From contig JAZDJS010000021.1 in assembly GCA_043803745.1 (NCBI GenBank), forward strand, positions 1 to 64,000: a stretch of DNA of 64,000 nucleotides, in the 5' to 3' direction. A model generated the notes under the pieces. It had not been told where the DNA came from. It saw nothing but the letters and a program-made list of their open reading frames with translations, and searched no databases. This DNA comes from an archaeon. GTDB lineage: Archaea; SpSt-1190; DYHY01. Below are positions 19,097 through 27,389 of the stretch, piece after piece; within the stretch, counting starts at the first letter, position 1, and each line of letters starts with the position of its first letter. The position numbers and the translations under genes are program-made.

Positions 19097-19769
19097 CAGC
19101 CGCTCTCCCAAGGAATTCGGCGGGAATTTTCGCAGTTCTCAGGTTGTCCCGCAGGAGTCCGAGAGCGACCGCATCCAAGTAATCTGAATGGCTCCCAGCG
19201 AAATCTCCAATGTGCAGAACGCCCCTTTCCGCTTTGTCGAGGTTCTCTTGAACAACCTCCTCTATCCGCGACCGCTCAGCCCTTCGTAAAGTTGGCTCGA
19301 TTTTCCCGTTTTCTTTTCCAAGAACCTGTGCAATGGCAGCCATTGTGCAGGGCGTCTCGACAACAGTGTAAGAATATACATCGCCCTCCCTTGAGAGAAT
19401 TGCCAGCATACGGAGATTCTCGGTAGCATAGCGAGAATATTCCCCAACGCAGTAAACAACGCTCCCGTCCGATTCGGGCTCAGGGGAAATCCGGGCATAC
19501 ATGTCCGCTATTGCCCAAGCATCCCTGCGGGGATGAGGCATTTCAAGAAAATATTCAATTATTTCTTCCTCAGGGTATATCTCGCCGGGTTTTGCCAGAT
19601 CGTCTATCCACAAAATCGCGCTCGCAGGATCCCTTTCAAGGGAGCCTATTTCTAAGGAAAAATCCAGGAACGCCTGAAGGTCCCCCTTTTCTTCGGATTC
19701 TGCAAGCTTTTCGCGCAGTCTGGGGACTAGTTTTTCATTCGCAAAGGCGGCATAATCCCGGACAAACAT
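19080..19769 (-). CDS. orphan hypothetical protein
   Basis: 229 aa ATG ORF with a TATA-like box about 25 nt upstream. Confidence 0.65.
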   Translation of the reverse strand: MFVRDYAAFANEKLVPRLREKLAESEEKGDLQAFLDFSLEIGSLERDPASAILWIDDLAKPGEIYPEEEIIEYFLEMPHPRRDAWAIADMYARISPEPESDGSVVYCVGEYSRYATENLRMLAILSREGDVYSYTVVETPCTMAAIAQVLGKENGKIEPTLRRAERSRIEEVVQENLDKAERGVLHIGDFAGSHSDYLDAVALGLLRDNLRTAKIPAEFLGRAAAKYQT

Positions 19770-19902
19770 TAGCTACTATGTAGTAACTAATCTTTATAAG
19801 AGTTTTGGGTTTAAAAAGGCTGGCAAAATGACTGAAATGTTACTTGCAGGTTTTGCCACAAACCCGCTTTTCAATCTGAACCAACCAACGCAGTTACGCG
19901 TT

Positions 19903-20102
19903 TTTTCTTTTGCGCCCGTCAACGGAGCTTTTCTTTTGCGAAAAGAAAAGATGGGTTGGGAGTGGACTGGACGGGAGTCCCCTACCGGACTTCGGCTAGC
20001 GCCTCAGGAACCCGTGACAGTGGGGTTTTCTTTTGCGCCCGTCAACGGAGCTTTTCTTTTGCGAAAAGAAAAGATGGGTTGGGAGTGGACTGGACGGGAG
20101 TC
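19903..20102. repeat. 77-bp direct repeat (period 123) containing the tRNA-Ala 3' end and its trailer hairpin
   Basis: 19903-19979 matches 20026-20102. Confidence 0.92.
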
Positions 20103-20157
20103 GAACCCGTGACCTCAGCGTTGCGAACGCCGCATTCTACCACTGAACTACCAGCCC
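20086..20157 (-). tRNA. tRNA-Ala(CGC)
   Basis: GGGCTGG/CCAGTCC acceptor with G3:U70; anticodon arm CGGCG-TT-CGC-AA-CGCTG; GGTTCGA T-loop. Confidence 0.96.
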
Positions 20158-20190
20158 GTGCGTCTATCCAAGTTCAGTGGCGGTATATTA

Positions 20191-20312
20191 GCATTCCTGA
20201 GCCATCAGGCAAAGTCCGTGAGCGCACGGATACCACTGAACTACCCGCCCTTTTTTTACTGAACCCGAGCCATCGCAGGCGAGGTCCGCGCTTGATGCAC
20301 GGATACCGGCCC
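20191..20312 (-). repeat. Two interrupted copies of the tRNA-Ala 5' end
   Basis: GGGCGGGTAGTTCAGTGGTA[34 nt]GAATGC (20250-20191) and GGGCCGGTA[39 nt]GTTCAGT (20312-20258). Confidence 0.85.
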
Positions 20313-20405
20313 TTGAACTTTTGGAAACTCTTCCGGGTTTTTAATAGATTCTGTAGGTCTGCAAAGGTAAGATATTTAAATAATCACTAGGTAATGATGA
20401 ATTAG

Positions 20406-20813
20406 ATGACTAAAAAGAGGGGCTACGCACTGCGCGTCGGGGAGTATCTTCACGAGCTTTGGCCCAACGCAATCCTCTGCCGCCCTGACAAGGAAATCCC
20501 TCAGAAAAACGGAAAGAGGCCTGACTGGCTTGTTCTCGACTCGGTTGATGAGCTTGACGGACGGACAACATATCGAGTTTTTCCCGTTGAAGTCAAACAG
20601 AGACACGCGCTGGATGGAGAAGAACAAATACGCAGGGCGACTACAAGGGCTGTTGTCGATTTTTACCGCAGAAGACCTGATGTAAGACCTGCGGTGACTG
20701 AAATTCTCCGGGGAAGTTGGGAACTTCTTCCAGGGTATGTTGCTTCATCTGAATCGCCTCCGGAAGGCGCGCCAATTCAACACCTGCTCGTTCCTTTGAG
20801 CTATCATCGTTGA
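20406..20813 (+). CDS. putative PD-(D/E)xK nuclease
   Basis: KRPDWLV...PVEVKQ motif in a 135 aa ORF. Confidence 0.55.
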   Translation: MTKKRGYALRVGEYLHELWPNAILCRPDKEIPQKNGKRPDWLVLDSVDELDGRTTYRVFPVEVKQRHALDGEEQIRRATTRAVVDFYRRRPDVRPAVTEILRGSWELLPGYVASSESPPEGAPIQHLLVPLSYHR

Positions 20814-22012
20814 GCGCTTCTCAAATCCCGTTTAGGAAACAGGAAAATCCCCAGCGCGAACAGAGGAATGACTGCGGCGAATGCGAATGCTGCAGAAGGC
20901 CCGGAATATTTCCAGAGGAGCCCCGCAATAGCCGAAGCTGGAAGATAGACAAGCCCGGTTACGAAGCTGTAGAGACCGATTGCGCTTGCCCGGGTCTCCT
21001 TTGCGGATGTGTCGGAGATGTAGGCTTTGCTCTGCGCCTCGTCAAGCGTGTAGAAGATTCCGAAAAGGAGGAACAGGATGATTATCGTCTCCCGGGAATT
21101 CGCAAGAAGGAAGCCTATTGAGATTGCGGAGTACAGGACATATTCTCCGGCAACAAGATATTTCCGGCCTATCTTGTCGCCCAGTTTCCCGAGGGGGACT
21201 GCAAACAGGAAGAAGGAAACGTTGAAGGTTGCATAGAGGAGAACGACCTCGCTTGCGGAGAAGCCGACAAGATATGCCTTGAGGAGGAGGAAGGAGAAGC
21301 TGAAATAGGAAAGGGAGAAGACTGCCGAGGAAAGAAGGTAGCGCTTCAAATCCCCGGAGAGGGTTCCGAGAATCTGGAAGGGATTCGCGCGGATTGCTCT
21401 TTTCCTCGGCTTCCGGTCCTTCACGAAAAGGACAAGGACAAGGACGGAAAGAATTGCGGGAACGAGAGCGACTGCGAAGAGGAACCGGAACGCTGAAGGG
21501 GTTTCCCCGAGGGACTTGAGAATCAGATATGCAACGAAAGGTCCCAAAATTGCCCCGGCCTTGTCAAGCATTTTGTGGATTCCGAACGAAGCCCCGGTCT
21601 TCCCTTCCGAGGAAATCGTTGATATTAGCGCATCTCTCGGAGCGCCGCGGATCGATTTTCCTAGGCGCTCGACAACCCGGAAAAGGGCTGCCCCGAAAAC
21701 CGTCGGGAGGAAAAGGATTATTGATTTCGCAGCAGTCGAGAATCCGTAGCCGAAAACCGCGAACGGCTTTCTTTTGCCAGTTTTGTCGGAAAGGTAGCCG
21801 GAAACAAAGTCAAGGGAGGAGGCCGCGAAATCAGAAAGGCCCTCGACAAGCCCGAGGAGCGCCTGGGATGCCCCAAGGATTACAGTGAAGAAAACGGAGA
21901 AAACGGAGAAAATCATTTCCGAGCTTATGTCAGTCAGGAAGCTGACGATTCCTAGAATAATTATTTCTAGGGGAACCCCGAAAATCTGCCTTGGCTTTCT
22001 TTTCTCGCCCAT
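20804..22012 (-). CDS. MFS transporter
   Basis: DISSEM, GYLSDKTGKRK, RLGKSIRGAPRDA, GKLGDKIGRK. Confidence 0.93.
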   Translation of the reverse strand: MGEKRKPRQIFGVPLEIIILGIVSFLTDISSEMIFSVFSVFFTVILGASQALLGLVEGLSDFAASSLDFVSGYLSDKTGKRKPFAVFGYGFSTAAKSIILFLPTVFGAALFRVVERLGKSIRGAPRDALISTISSEGKTGASFGIHKMLDKAGAILGPFVAYLILKSLGETPSAFRFLFAVALVPAILSVLVLVLFVKDRKPRKRAIRANPFQILGTLSGDLKRYLLSSAVFSLSYFSFSFLLLKAYLVGFSASEVVLLYATFNVSFFLFAVPLGKLGDKIGRKYLVAGEYVLYSAISIGFLLANSRETIIILFLLFGIFYTLDEAQSKAYISDTSAKETRASAIGLYSFVTGLVYLPASAIAGLLWKYSGPSAAFAFAAVIPLFALGIFLFPKRDLRSAQR

Positions 22013-22070
22013 TTAGGTCGTGGTCCTTTTTCGTTTTCCCGTGAAAGGTCCTCTGCAGAGGAGGTTTCAG

Positions 22071-22157
22071 CGCCGAGAATGGGATTTGAACCCATATATC
22101 CCCGAAGGGAAACCAGCTCTCAAGGCTGGCGCGTTGACCGGATTTCGCTATCTCGGC
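22071..22157 (-). tRNA. tRNA-Ser(UGA)
   Basis: GCCGAGA/TCTCGGC-G; anticodon arm CCAGC-CT-TGA-GA-GCTGG; long variable arm. Confidence 0.96.
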
Positions 22158-22192
22158 AGGTTCTAAGGCTTGATGGTAGTTTATAAAATGAA

Positions 22193-22310
22193 GTTTTTCT
22201 TACGCCCGTCAACGGATTTTCTTTTTGCCAAAAAGAAAATGGGTTGGATGTTGACCGGATTTCGCTCTTATCTCGGCGTGCGTTAAGGCAAGGAGGGAGT
22301 TTATAAAATG
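22193..22310. repeat. Shared hairpin module plus a duplicate of the tRNA-Ser 5' end and its promoter
   Basis: 22250-22277 copies 22133-22157 (+3 nt); AGTTTATAAAATG at 22178-22190 and 22298-22310; 22203-22247 resembles 19913-19959. Confidence 0.85.
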
Positions 22311-22332
22311 GGCGCTGATTGGAAGAGAGACG

Positions 22333-22521
22333 ATGGATTCTCCTTCTCACCAAGCGAAACCCGCAAGGGAAAAGCGCCTCCAGGTGGACTGCATGAACTG
22401 CGGGGAAGCGGTTGACATAACTGGCAAGGCTGCGGGGGAGAGAATATTCTGCCCTGAATGCAAAGCGGAATTCGTCGTTGCCCTGATAGACGGGCATCTT
22501 GATATCGAATTCCTGACCTGA
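22333..22521 (+). CDS. small Zn-ribbon protein (LysW-like spacing)
   Basis: CMNCG...GE.I.CPECK; no C-terminal EDWGE. Confidence 0.7.
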   Translation: MDSPSHQAKPAREKRLQVDCMNCGEAVDITGKAAGERIFCPECKAEFVVALIDGHLDIEFLT

Positions 22522-22564
22522 TTCGGCCGGAAAAACTTTTAACCTAGGAACGTGACGTTCCGGG

Positions 22565-24661
22565 ATGGCAAAGAGGAAACTCATCTTGGTGGGCTTGGTT
22601 TTGGCATATTTGGTTATTGTCGGGGGATTTTCTCCGGGGACTGGGGATTCCGCGCTCTCTTCGGGAAGCGCTCTTGTCGCATGCACAATGGATGCGAAAA
22701 TCTGCCCCGATGGCAGCGCGGTTGGAAGGACCGGACCGAACTGCGAGTTTGCGCCCTGCCCTGAAGATTCAACATCATCTGGGGGAGGCCAAACTGAGAT
22801 TGCGAACCCCGCTTCGGTGAAATGCATCAGGGAGGGGGGGAAACTGGCAATCAAAGAAGCTGACGGGGGACAAATCGGCATCTGCCACTTTCCCGACGGA
22901 ACCTCCTGCGAAGAATGGGCATATTACCGGGGCGAGTGCGGGACGAATTCCGGAGGGGAAATTTCGCTGCCGACAACCCTAATACAGCCAATTGACTCCG
23001 CATGCGCAAGAATCGCCCTCCTAAGGCAGGAGCTTGCGAAATATAGGGAACTTGTCTCCCTAACCGAAAACGAGCTTTCCTCAAGGGGATATTCCCTTGA
23101 AAAACTCAAGCTCATTATCAGCGAAAAGGAGAAACTTGTAAGGGAGAAAATCTCCGAGTGTCCTGAAAGCTCGGAAACCGGCGGAACAAGCACATCCTCT
23201 TCCGGAGGCTCCGGGCAGGGGGTCCTCCAAAGCGGCGACGGCTGCCTTGAAATCCAAAACAGGATACAGAAATACAAGGAAATTCTCCTTCTGAATGACG
23301 AGCTCCTTTCCGAGAAAGGGCTTGCCAGGGAGAAAATCAAGGCTCTGCTTGATGCGGAAGCTGGGAAATATTCCGCCTGCTTGGGTGCAAATCGGGCAAC
23401 TGAAACCTTGCCTGCGGTCCCGGTGCTTACGCCCTGCGGCGAGGCGAAGGGGCTTTCCGAAAACGTTCTCTATTACAAGAAGCTCCTTTCATTGACTGAT
23501 GAAGAGCTTGCGGAAAAGGGCCTTGAAAGGGCGCTGGTCCAGAAGAAATTCGAGCAAGCTGACGCTACGCACAACAATGCAGTCTCCAACTGCGTTGTCA
23601 CAAAAGCGGAGCCGATTTCTTCCGAGGCAGTCCCGATAGGTCCCTGCGAACAGGTCAGACTTGTCGAGCAGAAAATCCTCTACTACAAAAAGCTCCTTGG
23701 CCTTACGGATTCGGAGCTTGCGGAGAGGGTGAAGGAATACACGCGCGAGAACCTGAAGGCGAACCTCGAGTCTCTTGAGAAAACTTATGCCGAGTTCGTC
23801 CGCAAATGCAGGGCGGCTTCCGGGGAAACCCGGGCGCAACCTTGTGTTCCCTCCCAGGAAAAGATGCGGGAGTATGAAGGTCTTTCCGAAAAGCTCAAGG
23901 CAGCGAACGCTAACGGAGACAAGGCGCTCGCAGAGGAGATAATGCAGGAAATCCGGGCTGTGAAGGCTGAGATTGCCGCGTCGAATTCCTGCGCCCAGGA
24001 AATTTCTGCAGCGGCAATTGCAAAGCCGACTGCAGTTGAAAATTCCCAGGAAATTTCCAGCTATTACAAGAACAAGCTGGCGACGGTGATGTCGTCCGCC
24101 TCGGGAGTTGACAGCCAAATCTCCTCCCTGAAGGAACTCAGGACCGAGATAGACAAGATGATTGAAGCGCTCCTGAAGAGGAAGGAAAGCGTTGATGCCG
24201 AAGAGCTTTCAGGTCTCGCAACTGTCGAGATTTCGGAAGACGGGATGAAGGTCAACAACAAGGTTGTCGAATCCCTTGTAAGCAACGAGATTGTCACAAG
24301 GATAAACAACCGGGAGATGAAGGTTCTGAAGGGCGCTTCCGGGGTTTCCCTTGACGACGGCTCGGAAATAAAGCCGGATGTCGGAGAGCCGGTGATTGTC
24401 GAGGATGGGAAAGTGAATATTGGCGGAAATGAGCTGAAAATCCTTCCTGGCGAGCTTGGGACCTTGATTGGCTTCGCCCCCGACTCGGTTGAGTTGGGGT
24501 CTGAGGATGGGAAGCTCGTCTATGTTGCAAGGATGAATGAAAAAAGGAAGCTTTTCTGGATAATCCCAGTTCAGGTCGAGAAAACGGAGAAAATAGACGC
24601 TGAGAACGGTGAGTCCCTCGGGGAAAGCATGCCTTGGTGGTCAGCCCTGGCTTCAAGATAG
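22565..24661 (+). CDS. Large exported protein: Cys-rich module, DUF333-like domain, four helical repeats
   Basis: Signal/TM; ACTMDAKICPDGS.VGR.GPNCEFAPCP; ANPAS..C...GG...CEEW.YYRGEC; repeated Y..LL.L...EL. Confidence 0.8.
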   Translation: MAKRKLILVGLVLAYLVIVGGFSPGTGDSALSSGSALVACTMDAKICPDGSAVGRTGPNCEFAPCPEDSTSSGGGQTEIANPASVKCIREGGKLAIKEADGGQIGICHFPDGTSCEEWAYYRGECGTNSGGEISLPTTLIQPIDSACARIALLRQELAKYRELVSLTENELSSRGYSLEKLKLIISEKEKLVREKISECPESSETGGTSTSSSGGSGQGVLQSGDGCLEIQNRIQKYKEILLLNDELLSEKGLAREKIKALLDAEAGKYSACLGANRATETLPAVPVLTPCGEAKGLSENVLYYKKLLSLTDEELAEKGLERALVQKKFEQADATHNNAVSNCVVTKAEPISSEAVPIGPCEQVRLVEQKILYYKKLLGLTDSELAERVKEYTRENLKANLESLEKTYAEFVRKCRAASGETRAQPCVPSQEKMREYEGLSEKLKAANANGDKALAEEIMQEIRAVKAEIAASNSCAQEISAAAIAKPTAVENSQEISSYYKNKLATVMSSASGVDSQISSLKELRTEIDKMIEALLKRKESVDAEELSGLATVEISEDGMKVNNKVVESLVSNEIVTRINNREMKVLKGASGVSLDDGSEIKPDVGEPVIVEDGKVNIGGNELKILPGELGTLIGFAPDSVELGSEDGKLVYVARMNEKRKLFWIIPVQVEKTEKIDAENGESLGESMPWWSALASR

Positions 24662-24670
24662 AAAGGAGTT

Positions 24671-25876
24671 TCACTTGAGGCTTTCCCGGGCTGCTGAGAT
24701 TGCGGCAGGGATTCCTTCCGGGTTCCTGCCCGAACCGGTGATGAGCGTAGGTTTTCCGCCGCCCCTTCCGGAAACAAGTGGGAAGAGTTTTTCCGAGAGC
24801 TTCGGAAGGTCGAGCGCGCATTCAGGAGATTTGGCAAGGACGACCGTGAAGAAATCCTGTTCAATTCCGCCGAAGATAAGGGCAACCGCGCACGCCTGAG
24901 AAACGAGCCTTTCCGCAAGCTCCGCAAGGTCCCTCCGGTCAAGAATCCCGCAGTAGTTTTTCGAATAGAAGGAAATTTCCCCGAACTTTTCCGGGACGGG
25001 GTTCTCCGATTTGGCAATCAGGGCGGATTGCCTCCGGGAAGTTTCCCTGAGATGGAGGAGTTCCTTCTTCTGATTGACCGCGGTAGGGACGAGCTTTTCC
25101 GGCTCAACCTGGAGGGCAAGGGCCAGCTCAAGCGCCCGGTTCGCAAGGGAGCCTGATTCGGAAACCGCCCGCTCGCCGGCAGCGAACTCTACTATTGTGG
25201 ACTTTCCGGATTTGTTTATTGAAAGAATCTTGAAATGGCCTATTTCCGATGTGTTCTGCAAATGCGTCCCCGAGCATGCCGCGAAATCCTCCCCCTCGAT
25301 TTCGACAATCCGGATGTCCTTTTCCGGAAGCCGTTCCTCCTTCAGGCGCGAATCCGGGAGGGCTGATTTTGCCTCGGCAAGCGTGGAAAAGATTCTGCTT
25401 TTGACTGGGATTGCCCTCCTGATTGCGGAGTTCGTCAGTTCTTCGGCCTCAAGGAGCTGCCTTGGCTCAAGCTCCCCGGAGAGGAAGAGCTTGCCGCGCT
25501 CGGGGGAGAAATCAACCTTGTCTATCCGGACCTCCGGGCAGACAATTTCGAGCCTTGAGAAAAAGAGGTGCTCTCCGGTGTGGAGCTGCATCAACGGGAA
25601 GCGAAAGCCCCATTCTATTTTGCAGTTACAGTCGCCTGGGGAAAGCGGGGAATCTATTTGATGGAGGATTTCCCCGTCCTTCTCAATTGTGTCAAGGACG
25701 CGGGCGGTCCCGATAGCCCCCCTGTCGCCCGGCTGGCCTCCTCCCTGCGGATGGAACGCCGTCCTGTCAAGGATTGCGAAGGTTTTTCCTGCGAGGATCT
25801 TGATTCCTGTGATTCTTGTGGAGAATTCCTTGAGGAAGGGATCGGCAAGATAGATTTTTCCAGTCTTGGTGGACAT
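24671..25876 (-). CDS. AlaX-family alanyl-tRNA editing protein with DHHA1 domain
   Basis: TAFHPQGGGQPGD, MQLHTGEH, CSGTH, GRGGG. Confidence 0.9.
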   Translation of the reverse strand: MSTKTGKIYLADPFLKEFSTRITGIKILAGKTFAILDRTAFHPQGGGQPGDRGAIGTARVLDTIEKDGEILHQIDSPLSPGDCNCKIEWGFRFPLMQLHTGEHLFFSRLEIVCPEVRIDKVDFSPERGKLFLSGELEPRQLLEAEELTNSAIRRAIPVKSRIFSTLAEAKSALPDSRLKEERLPEKDIRIVEIEGEDFAACSGTHLQNTSEIGHFKILSINKSGKSTIVEFAAGERAVSESGSLANRALELALALQVEPEKLVPTAVNQKKELLHLRETSRRQSALIAKSENPVPEKFGEISFYSKNYCGILDRRDLAELAERLVSQACAVALIFGGIEQDFFTVVLAKSPECALDLPKLSEKLFPLVSGRGGGKPTLITGSGRNPEGIPAAISAARESLK

Positions 25877-25964
25877 GCTCTTGACCCCCTCGGGGGTTTA
25901 TTTAGCTGCTTTTTGGGAAAGCTTAATAAGCTTGAAAAAGAAACCACTTGAAAGGGGTTTAGAA

Positions 25965-27389
25965 TTGCCAGAAGAGGATGTCAGGGAGAACTACCAGGTA
26001 GATCCCGAGAGGCTCCAAAATCACCTGCTTTCCGAGGGAACTGACCTTTCCGGCGGAAAGCCCGTTTATGGCTCGATTGTCCGGGCGATTTCTGATGTTG
26101 CAAGGACAACTGATGTCCAGGTTGACGGCGCCCCGAAGGATTCGGTTTTCGTGCGCGAGCTTTTGGAAGCAATTCCAGAGGCTGAAATTATTTCATCTCC
26201 TGGGAAAAGAATCAAGAGGGGTGTCGGAACGGCTGTAGTCGAGTCATATCCCGGGCTTGACCCCGAAGGATTCCAGGAACTTGTTTCAGCGAACGGCAAG
26301 TTGCGGTTCGTTGTCCTCAGATATCCCTCGGATGACGGATTGCTGGCCTCCTCACCGGAGCTCCTCCCGAGCAGGGGCGCCGCGGTTTTCGCCGGAGCCG
26401 AGCAGGATCCGTATTCAACCAAAGAAGACAGGGCGGCAAGAATTGCAGGGCTTGTCATGCGCGAAGCTGAGTCGCGGGGGGCGGTCATTGAAGGCGCAGC
26501 TCTACACCTTGCCTGCGAGCAAACTCTCCGGTTCTGCGAGGTAAGCAGGTCCGCTGAGGAAGGAGGGATTGACGGAAATTTCGCGGCAATCATTGTTGCA
26601 AGGGCGCGGGCAAATGCGGGAAATTCTAGGGAAATTGCGGAAGATGCAGTGAGGGAAGTAATTCAAAAGGAAGAAGCCCGGATGAAGGGGAAATACGAAA
26701 GCTTTGCCAGGTATTTTCCAAAGGGTTATTCGGGAAACGGGCGCCTGGTGTTTGAGCTTGGCGTCGATGTTTTCGAAACGGGCGCCCTGGGCGACATGAA
26801 CATGATGGGGCTTGTAATTGCCCCGGGGCGGGGAAGGATAGTTGATTCGCTTGCGAGGTTCGATCCGGAGAACGGGGACCGCGGCGGCGCGTTCTCAAAA
26901 GGGAACGACGATGTCCTAAGCTACCTCCTTGACAGATACCCGGGAATATTCTCCTTGCGCGACGCCCGGATAGTTTCGATGTACTGGAACGAGGTGACTG
27001 GAGCAAGCTCCTCCGCAATAAAGGCCGCGGGTCTTGAGGCCTGCATTGCCGGGGTCCCTATACTTGAGAATTTTGCAGGGACTGGAGCAATCGGGGCTAA
27101 CGGCCTTGTCGAGCATATAGGGGGGGTTAATGAGAAAATAGAAGCGGCCCATTACATTTTCAAGAGAAATCGGGCCGGAGAGAACTCGCCGTTCGGTTCA
27201 GTCATAATCCCCAGGAGAAATCTTGGAAGGCTTGCCCTGCCAGACGAGGTTGCCCAGGATGTCCGGGATGGAAACTTCAGGATTTACGCGGTTGACACAA
27301 TTGAGGAATATGTCGAATGCCTAACTGGAAAAAGCTATCAAGAAGTTCACGCGGCTGCGCTTGAAAAAAATCGGACAGGTTCGGGCTAG
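25965..27389 (+). CDS. Lon-like S16 serine protease lacking a recognisable ATPase P-loop (start approximate)
   Basis: GASSS, TGAI...G.V..IGGVNEKIE, VIIP..N, RIYAVDTIEE. Confidence 0.8.
   Translation: MPEEDVRENYQVDPERLQNHLLSEGTDLSGGKPVYGSIVRAISDVARTTDVQVDGAPKDSVFVRELLEAIPEAEIISSPGKRIKRGVGTAVVESYPGLDPEGFQELVSANGKLRFVVLRYPSDDGLLASSPELLPSRGAAVFAGAEQDPYSTKEDRAARIAGLVMREAESRGAVIEGAALHLACEQTLRFCEVSRSAEEGGIDGNFAAIIVARARANAGNSREIAEDAVREVIQKEEARMKGKYESFARYFPKGYSGNGRLVFELGVDVFETGALGDMNMMGLVIAPGRGRIVDSLARFDPENGDRGGAFSKGNDDVLSYLLDRYPGIFSLRDARIVSMYWNEVTGASSSAIKAAGLEACIAGVPILENFAGTGAIGANGLVEHIGGVNEKIEAAHYIFKRNRAGENSPFGSVIIPRRNLGRLALPDEVAQDVRDGNFRIYAVDTIEEYVECLTGKSYQEVHAAALEKNRTGSG

Noticed and set aside
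19963-20312. Split or permuted tRNA, or non-canonical BHB introns in the tRNA-Ala fragments
   Set aside because: A complete tRNA-Ala is present, the fragments lack the anticodon arm, and the best BHB I could draw for the T-loop insert would not regenerate the correct loop.
19828-20390. ORFs 19828-20112 and 19956-20390 with repeated peptides
   Set aside because: They are antisense translations of the tRNA-Ala gene and its repeats.
20158-22070. Integrated element between tRNA-Ala and tRNA-Ser
   Set aside because: No integrase, and the tRNA-end duplications do not bracket the intervening genes.
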